Shown here in pieces: positions 57,480 through 64,000 of a stretch of DNA of 64,000 nt. Positions within the stretch are counted from its first letter, which is position 1. Each line of letters begins with the position of its first letter. The notes below the pieces were generated by a model that saw only the letters and a list, made by a program, of their open reading frames with translations, ran no database searches and was not told where the DNA came from. The DNA comes from an uncultured Gammaproteobacteria bacterium (lineage in GTDB: Bacteria > Pseudomonadota > Gammaproteobacteria > DRLM01): assembly GCA_963729605.1 (NCBI GenBank), contig CAVSNY010000007.1:384001-448000 (forward strand), read 5' to 3'. A program made the position numbers and the translations under genes.

Positions 57480-58454
57480 TTAGCCTTCGCTGTCGGGATG
57501 CAACACGGCATTGCGTCCCCCGCGTTTGGCGCGCTGGAGGGACTGGTCGGCCTTGTCGATCAGGATGCGCGGTTCTTCGCCGTCGTGGGGAAAGGTGGCC
57601 AGGCCGATGCTGACGGTGATTTTTCCATGGGGTTGGCACTCTCTGCCGGAGAATGGATATTCGGCGACGAATTCACGCAGTTGGTGACCCATCGTCACGG
57701 CCTGCTTCCGGTTGGTTTCCGGCAGGATCAGCGCGAATTCCTCGCCGCCGTAACGCGCCGCGCTATCGGACTGGCGGAGGCGTTTGCCGATGATCTCCGC
57801 GAGGGTCTTCAGTAATTCGTCGCCTTGCGGGTGGCCGTGGGTGTCGTTGTAAGTCTTGAAGCGATCGATGTCGATCAGCAGCAGCGAGTATTCCCGCTGG
57901 TAGCGGTTGGCGCGCGCGTGTTCCGCGGCGAACGCTTCGTGGAAATAGCGGTGATTGTACAAACCGGTCAAGCCGTCTTTGAGCGCCAGTTCTTGAATGA
58001 TGTGGTTGATCCTGTCCAGGTCGCTGTTGCGTTTGTTGAGACGGGTCATCAGCAGTTTGTTGTCGCGCAGGAGCAGGATTTTTTCTATGGTGCGGTTGAT
58101 GACGTAATGGACGACTTCGATTTGATCGAAGGGTTTGATCAAATAATCGGCGGCGCCGGCCCGCAAGGCGGTGACCGTCGAATGCAGCGAGGTCTGATCG
58201 GCCATCATGATGACTTGCGTGTCCGCATTTTTTTGTTTGATCTGTTTTAAGAGGTCCATGCCGTTCATGCCCGGCATGCGGATATCGGTGATGATCAGCG
58301 GGTGTTGATGTTGGTCGAACAGCGCCAGCGCCTCTTCCGCGCTGGCGGCGGTGGCGACTTGATGGCCGCCGTCGGATAAGACTTCATAGAGCAGTTCCCG
58401 CAGGTTCGCCTCGTCGTCGACCACCAGGATGGTCAGTGCAGTCTTGTTGCTCAT
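57480..58454 (-). CDS. REC-GGDEF diguanylate cyclase response regulator
   Basis: VVDDE, TDIRMP, DGLTGLYN, RQSD, RYGGEEF. Confidence 0.92.
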   Translation of the reverse strand: MSNKTALTILVVDDEANLRELLYEVLSDGGHQVATAASAEEALALFDQHQHPLIITDIRMPGMNGMDLLKQIKQKNADTQVIMMADQTSLHSTVTALRAGAADYLIKPFDQIEVVHYVINRTIEKILLLRDNKLLMTRLNKRNSDLDRINHIIQELALKDGLTGLYNHRYFHEAFAAEHARANRYQREYSLLLIDIDRFKTYNDTHGHPQGDELLKTLAEIIGKRLRQSDSAARYGGEEFALILPETNRKQAVTMGHQLREFVAEYPFSGRECQPHGKITVSIGLATFPHDGEEPRILIDKADQSLQRAKRGGRNAVLHPDSEG

Positions 58455-58771
58455 GTAATCGTTCTCTATTAATCACGCATCGCTGGTTCCGCCAATCGGG
58501 TTCGTCAGCCATGACGACGCGCGCGGCTGATTCCTGGAATGAGGCGCATGGCGGTAACGGATGCTTACGACGGATTGATCGTCATGAGCGGGTATTTCTT
58601 GAGAGGCCGATCCCGCCGGGCCGGCCGATAAATAAGAGTTTGATGATAGGCCGGGCGGGGTATCGAGGAGATCGAAGCCGATCTTGGGATTCGCGCCGGC
58701 GCGGCGCGGATGTTTTGCCGGTCGCCAAGGCTGGCGGTCCCCGCTCGCCCGGCCGGGGACCGCCGGCGGGC

Positions 58772-60079
58772 TTATTCGCCGCTCAGGCGGCTTTCGATGT
58801 GCGCCTCGTCGCGCAAACGGGTCAGCCAGGCCTGGAGTTCTTCGTCCATTTTGCGTTGGCGGATGGCGTCCCGCGCCTGGTCGCGCAGCAGGTCGGCGGT
58901 GTTGTCGCGCTCGCGGCGTTCCAGGACTTGCACGAGATGCCAGCCGAAGTCGGTTTTAAAGGGCTGGCTGATCTGGCCCTCGTCCAGCGAGTCCATGGCG
59001 TTTTCGAAGGCCGGCGTCATGTCGCCGGGGTTGGCCCAACCCAGATCGCCGCCGTTAGCGGCGGAAACGGTGTCGTCCGACTCGCTGCGCGCCAGTTCCG
59101 CGAAATCCGCGCCCTGTTCGAGGCGGGCGCGCAGGGTGTGCAGTCGTTGTTCGGCGGCCTCTTCGCTGGTCAATTCGTTGGGGCGGATCAGGATGTGGCG
59201 GGCGTGGGTTTGGGTGACGATGTGGCGCTGGCCGCTGCGTTTGTCCAGGAGTTTTATGATGTGATAGCCGCTCGGGCTGCGGATCAGATCGCTGACCGCG
59301 CCGGTGTTCATGGCGTTGACGGCGTCGACGAACAAGGTGGGCAGTTCGGCCAGTTTGCGCCAGCCCAGGTCGCCGCCTTCCAAGGCCTGCTGGCCGTCGG
59401 AGACGGCGATGGCGGTCTCCTGAAAATCCGCCCCGTTCCGCAGGTTTTTCAAGATGTCTTCGGCGCGTTCCCGTGCGGCGCGCAGTCGTTCGGGCGAGGC
59501 GGCGTCGGGCACGGCGATCAGGATATGGGCGAGACGGTATTCCTCGCCGGCATTGCCTTGCATCTTTTGCGTGGTGAGGAAGTTGTCGATTTCCTGTTCC
59601 GACACGCTGACCCGTTCGGCGATTTGCCGCTGTTGAATCCGGCTGATGAGGATTTCCTTGCGGATGTCCTCGCGAAAGTCGGCGAAGTCGTAGCCGTCTT
59701 GTTCCAGCACCGTGCGGAATTCGCCGAGGGTCATCCGATTTTCCTCGGCGATGCGGGCGATGGTGCGGTTGAGGGTTTCCTCGTCCACCCGCACACCGGC
59801 GCGGTCGGCCAATTGCAATTGCAGATTGGAGAGGATCATCCGGTCGAGCACCTGTTTTTCCAACACGGCTTGCGGCGGGACGGGCGCGCCCTGTTGTTGC
59901 AGCTGTTGCCGGATGGTGCGCAACCGGTCGTTCAATTCGGTGCGGGTGATGACGTCGTTGTTGACCACCGCGACGATGCTGTCGAGGGTTTCCCGCGCAG
60001 CGGGGTCGGCTTGGGCGGCGTGCAGGGCGCTGTTGCAGCCCGCCAGCAGCAGGCTAAGAAATATAAATCGGCGGAACAT
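58772..60079 (-). CDS. surA: chaperone/PPIase SurA
   Basis: IVAVVNNDVIT, two parvulin domains (GGDLGW). Confidence 0.95.
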   Translation of the reverse strand: MFRRFIFLSLLLAGCNSALHAAQADPAARETLDSIVAVVNNDVITRTELNDRLRTIRQQLQQQGAPVPPQAVLEKQVLDRMILSNLQLQLADRAGVRVDEETLNRTIARIAEENRMTLGEFRTVLEQDGYDFADFREDIRKEILISRIQQRQIAERVSVSEQEIDNFLTTQKMQGNAGEEYRLAHILIAVPDAASPERLRAARERAEDILKNLRNGADFQETAIAVSDGQQALEGGDLGWRKLAELPTLFVDAVNAMNTGAVSDLIRSPSGYHIIKLLDKRSGQRHIVTQTHARHILIRPNELTSEEAAEQRLHTLRARLEQGADFAELARSESDDTVSAANGGDLGWANPGDMTPAFENAMDSLDEGQISQPFKTDFGWHLVQVLERRERDNTADLLRDQARDAIRQRKMDEELQAWLTRLRDEAHIESRLSGE

Positions 60080-60144
60080 AGGCGTGACCACTATCCTGGT
60101 TAAAACGAATGAATCGAGAGGGTTGCCGCGTCCGGTGGCGGTCA

Positions 60145-62370
60145 TCAGCGGGCGCGGTAGCCTAGGATACCATGTTCCAGCACGTCCTCGACCGAGTTGC
60201 CGATATTGGCCAGTCCCTTCAATTCCAATTGCAGATAGAGCGCCTGGTTGTTGTCGCCGGAGACGGTGTTGACGTAGCGACGGGTGGTGGCGCGGAAGGC
60301 CCAGCAGCAGCTGTCGTATTGCAGTCCGGCCAGGGTTTCCAGCACCCGCTGGTCGCGGTGGGAGTAATTCCAGCGGCCGATGAATTGCCAGCGTTGGCGC
60401 AAAGGCCACAGGAGGGAGAGATCGGTTTGATCCAGTTCGTCGCGGCGGAAGCGGTAACCGGCGTTGAACAGCTGTTGCCGCTCGCCCTGGTAGCGGAACT
60501 GGACGGCCGCCCGTTCGGTTTCGTCCGCGTCGGGGTTCCATTGCAGCGAGCCGGAGGCGGTCCAGCGGGCGGTGAGGCGGGTGCTGAGTTCGCCCACCAG
60601 ATCCGATTCGCTGCGCGACGGCAGGGGGACGCCGGGCAGGCCGACCCGCGGGGCTTCGAAGTAATAAATCTGTCCCAGTGCGGCGCGCAGCCACTCGCGG
60701 CCGTCGCCGCGGTCGAGCAAGCGGCTGGTGACGCCGGCGCTGAGCTGATTGGCGTCGCTCAGGCGGTCGGGGCCGGTGAAGCGGTTGTCGCGAAACAGTT
60801 GGGAGAAACTGAAATCGAAGGCGCTGGTGTCGAAGACCGGGAAGTCGGTCTGGTCGCGGAAGGGTATCCGCAAATAAAACAGCCGCGGTTCCAGGGTGTG
60901 GAGGAAGGGACGGCCGCGGAATTCGATGTCCCGTTCCAGATAGAGGCCGCCGTCGAGGCTGTATACCGGCACGCTGTGTTGCGGCGCGTCGGCCGCGCCG
61001 GGACCGACCTCGTCCAGCCGGTAGCCGGTGTAGCGCAGGCCGGCCTTGGGGATGAAGAAATAGCCGAGCCGTTCCACCGGCCAGGCGATGGAGGGATGCA
61101 GGCTGATGCGGGTGCCGGTGACGGACTGTTCCCGTTCGAAACGGGTCAACTCCGCGTCGAGGGCGTAATCGCCGCCCAGCGGATGACTGGGTGCGACGCC
61201 GCTGAATAACAGTTGCGGCAGGCGTTGATAGGGCCGGTCGCCGACCGGGGTGGCTTCGTCGATGGTTTGGTAGTCCTGCAGGCGGGCGAGAAAATAGTTG
61301 TAATCGCCGCTGTAGGTGACATCGAGGCGCCGGTCCAGATGGGTGGCGCTGGCGCTGGAGAGATTGCCGCCGAGTTCGGCGAGATAGCGGCTGTCGGAGA
61401 CGTAGTTGAAATTGGCGTCGGCCCGCCAGCGTGGATCGATTCTTTCCATGTGTTGAAAAGAGAGGGCGCCCCGGTCGGCGCCGAACACCGCGTCATTGGG
61501 CAGGTACTCGACGTTGATGATGCCGCCGTTGTCGGGAGTGAGGTAGCGGAATTCCACTTGGGTGAGCAGGCCGCGGGTCCCCAGGATGCGCGGCGTGATG
61601 GTCGCGTCGTATTGCGGCGCGATGTTCCAATACACCGGCTGGCCGAAATCCAGGCCGGTTTCGTCGGAGTAACCCACGGTGGGCGGCAGCAGGCCCGATT
61701 TGCGATTGCCGTCGAGCGGAAAGTTGATGTACGGGAAATACAGGAACGGCACGTTTTGAAAACGCAGGGTCACGCCGCGGGCGGTGCCCACCGCCTCGGC
61801 GTGATCGAGGGTGACGCGGCGCGCGCGTAATTCCCAGTCCACTTCGCCGGGGTCGCAGGTGGTATAGCTGGCATTGAGCAGTTGGGTGATCTCGGTGCTT
61901 TCGCGGATCACGGTACGGGCCTGGCCGTGGGCATGGCGGTCCAGGTACTGGTAGCGGGCCTGATTGATCTGGCCGGTCTCCGCCGTCAGGTCGAAGCGGG
62001 CCGATTCTCCTTCCACGATGAAGCCGCGTTGCTGAAGACGCACCGTCCCTTCGGCGTCCACTTGGCCGCTGCGGTCGTCGTATACCGCTTGGTCGGCGTT
62101 GAGGCGCTGCGCGCCGCGCAGGATCAGCACATTGCCGCGTACGGTGTAGAGTTCATCGTTCACGCCTTCGCCGTAGTCGGCGGTGATGTCGGTGGGCGCG
62201 AGCGCGCTGTCGAGCTGAGCGTCGGTGTCGAACGAGGGTGTCACGCTGTGGCACAGCGGCCATAGATTGTCGGCGGCCAGGCCGGCGGCGCGCACTTCGG
62301 TCGCCGCGAACAGGGCCGCCGCCGCGCCGAGAAAAAAGGCCGCTTTGTGGTGGGTCACGACTGTAGGCAT
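60145..62370 (-). CDS. lptD: LPS-assembly protein LptD
   Basis: YTTC, RKSGLL, YWNIAPQYD, YDSCCW, LQLELKGL. Confidence 0.96.
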   Translation of the reverse strand: MPTVVTHHKAAFFLGAAAALFAATEVRAAGLAADNLWPLCHSVTPSFDTDAQLDSALAPTDITADYGEGVNDELYTVRGNVLILRGAQRLNADQAVYDDRSGQVDAEGTVRLQQRGFIVEGESARFDLTAETGQINQARYQYLDRHAHGQARTVIRESTEITQLLNASYTTCDPGEVDWELRARRVTLDHAEAVGTARGVTLRFQNVPFLYFPYINFPLDGNRKSGLLPPTVGYSDETGLDFGQPVYWNIAPQYDATITPRILGTRGLLTQVEFRYLTPDNGGIINVEYLPNDAVFGADRGALSFQHMERIDPRWRADANFNYVSDSRYLAELGGNLSSASATHLDRRLDVTYSGDYNYFLARLQDYQTIDEATPVGDRPYQRLPQLLFSGVAPSHPLGGDYALDAELTRFEREQSVTGTRISLHPSIAWPVERLGYFFIPKAGLRYTGYRLDEVGPGAADAPQHSVPVYSLDGGLYLERDIEFRGRPFLHTLEPRLFYLRIPFRDQTDFPVFDTSAFDFSFSQLFRDNRFTGPDRLSDANQLSAGVTSRLLDRGDGREWLRAALGQIYYFEAPRVGLPGVPLPSRSESDLVGELSTRLTARWTASGSLQWNPDADETERAAVQFRYQGERQQLFNAGYRFRRDELDQTDLSLLWPLRQRWQFIGRWNYSHRDQRVLETLAGLQYDSCCWAFRATTRRYVNTVSGDNNQALYLQLELKGLANIGNSVEDVLEHGILGYRAR

Positions 62371-62483
62371 CTTAATTGCTGGTCGAGGGCCGCTTAAAAT
62401 CGCATAGAATAGGCCGTCTTATCAATCGCGCGGCGGTCGCCGCGGTGCGGCGGTGTCGAGTGGATGCGGAGGCGGTTGGTGTC

Positions 62484-63482
62484 ATGGGTGAGCGTTTCGA
62501 ACAATTGCAGGACTGGTTACGTAAGGACCTGGGCTTCGGCGAGTTTACCATCGCCCCGGCCTCCAGCGACGCCAGCTTCCGGCGTTATTTTCGGGTAATC
62601 CGCCGCGGCGAGAGTCACATCGTGATGGACGCCCCGCCCGACAAGGAAGATTGCGGGCCCTTCATCGCCGTCGCCGCCGCGCTGGCCGGGCTGGGTTTGA
62701 ACGTGCCGCGGGTCATCGAGGCCGAGCGCGCGCGCGGCTTTTTGCTGTTGACCGATTTGGGCTCCACGCCCTATCTGCCGGCGCTCAACGACGCCTCCGT
62801 GGAACGGCTCTACGGCGATGCCTTGTGCTCCCTGCGTCTCTTGCAGGCGGCGCCGCTGGCGGGGGCGGGTTTGCCCGATTATGATCGCGCCCTGCTGCTG
62901 CGCGAGATGGAATTATTTCCCGAGTGGTTTCTGCAACGCCATTTGGGTGTGAGCTTGGACGAGGCGTGGCGCGCCGCCTTGACGGAGGGATTTGCCTATC
63001 TGGCCGACGCGGCGCTCGCGCAGCCGCGGGTGTGGGTGCACCGCGATTATCATTCGCGCAATTTAATGGTCACCGAGCGACACAATCCCGGCGTGCTGGA
63101 TTTTCAGGACGCGGTGCTGGGGCCGTGTACCTATGACCTGGTGTCTTTGCTGCGCGATTGTTATATCCGCTGGCCGCGGGAACGGGTGACGGCCTGGGCG
63201 CGCGATTATCTCGCGCGGGCGCAGGCGGCGGGTCTGCTGCAAGGCGTGGCGCCCGCGGAGTTCATCCACTGGTTCGACTTGATGGGCGTGCAGCGCCATT
63301 GCAAGGCCATCGGGATTTTCTCGCGGCTTTATCACCGCGACGGCAAGCCGGGTTATTTGGCGGATATTCCGCGGACTTTGGGGTATGTGCTGGAGGTCAT
63401 GCCGGACCACGCGCCGTTGCGGCCGTTGCGGCGTTTATTGGAAGAACAGGTTTTGCCGCGGCTGAAGCCGGTCCCGGCGTGA
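62484..63482 (+). CDS. amgK: N-acetylmuramate/GlcNAc kinase (APH family)
   Basis: DASFRRYFR, HRDYHSRNLM, DFQDA; divergent from lptD. Confidence 0.88.
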   Translation: MGERFEQLQDWLRKDLGFGEFTIAPASSDASFRRYFRVIRRGESHIVMDAPPDKEDCGPFIAVAAALAGLGLNVPRVIEAERARGFLLLTDLGSTPYLPALNDASVERLYGDALCSLRLLQAAPLAGAGLPDYDRALLLREMELFPEWFLQRHLGVSLDEAWRAALTEGFAYLADAALAQPRVWVHRDYHSRNLMVTERHNPGVLDFQDAVLGPCTYDLVSLLRDCYIRWPRERVTAWARDYLARAQAAGLLQGVAPAEFIHWFDLMGVQRHCKAIGIFSRLYHRDGKPGYLADIPRTLGYVLEVMPDHAPLRPLRRLLEEQVLPRLKPVPA

Positions 63483-63491
63483 GCGGGAATC

Positions 63492-63842
63492 TCAGCCCCC
63501 GCTGCGATAACGCATGCGAGTGCCGTGCATGAGGGACATGATGATTTCGTCCGCGGGGATCTCCGCGGGGAAATAGGCGCCGGCGATGCGCGCGCCGTGA
63601 ATGCTCGCTCCTTCCAGCTTGGCCTTGCTCAAATCCAGGCCGCGCAGATCCGCCTGGCGGAAATAACAGTGGGAGAGGTCCAGTCCGGCGGCATCGAGTT
63701 CGCGCAGATCGATGCCGCGGAAATCGCAGTGGGTGAGGTCGCAGCGTTGGCCGCGGGCCTTTTCCTCGTTGAAGACGGCGACCCGGCCTTCGCGCAACAG
63801 GCGATACAAGGGGTCGGACTTGATTTTGGGGGTGTCGCTCAT
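63492..63842 (-). CDS. pentapeptide repeat protein
   Basis: DLTHCDFRGIDLR, ADLRGLDLS. Confidence 0.85.
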   Translation of the reverse strand: MSDTPKIKSDPLYRLLREGRVAVFNEEKARGQRCDLTHCDFRGIDLRELDAAGLDLSHCYFRQADLRGLDLSKAKLEGASIHGARIAGAYFPAEIPADEIIMSLMHGTRMRYRSGG

Positions 63843-63875
63843 GGTTGTGCTACCTCGAGTTGGAGGGGACCGCGG

Positions 63876-64000
63876 TTAAAAGGCCCGGCCGCTTTTGTCG
63901 ACGGCGGCCAAACTCGCCGCTTCATCGGGCGGCTGCACGATTTGAAATTGGAATTGGGCGTAGGCGTTGGTGGCTTCCAGCAGTTTGGTTAAATGGGCGT
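63876..64000 (-). CDS. 3' end of an unidentified CDS entering from beyond the window
   Basis: Open frame ...AHLTKLLEATNAYAQFQFQIVQPPDEAASLAAVDKSGRAF*. Confidence 0.45.
   Translation of the reverse strand, partial: AHLTKLLEATNAYAQFQFQIVQPPDEAASLAAVDKSGRAF

Noticed and set aside
58436-61830. Long plus-strand ORFs opposite surA and lptD (and similar ones opposite prlC, glnL, glnA and the 42941 barrel gene)
   Set aside because: Typical antisense shadows of high-GC coding sequence.

Overview
High-GC gammaproteobacterial chromosome segment. The housekeeping backbone is dsbA/dsbB, xth, prlC, lemA, gor, lysA, corA, trmL, glnA-ntrBC, glyQS-gmhB-plsC, a metal-uptake operon, lptD-surA-pdxA-rsmA and amgK. 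The main accessory region (~16.3-28.5 kb) is a decayed chromosomal integron with minus-strand cassettes and degenerate or miniaturised attC sites. Unusually, it has two integron heads (attI + Pc-like promoter + intI 5' remnant). The internal head and two fused candidate anti-phage cassettes (TIR/NDT-like and AbiJ-like HEPN) are bracketed by direct-repeat GTAG REP doublets. REP/MITE elements repeatedly sit where attC sites or intI were destroyed, and a solo cassette-like gene at the window start lies between perfect 39-bp REP inverted repeats. An intact IS1595-family element (8-bp TSD) carrying a HEPN-motif passenger gene is inserted in the centre of a palindromic repeat. Also present are an IS5-like MITE family (4 copies), a ~270-nt nested fold-back element, an unannotated 44-aa membrane sORF, and an active/degenerate REC-GGDEF pair that splits surA from pdxA. 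All protein calls come from motif recognition by eye; no database searches were run.
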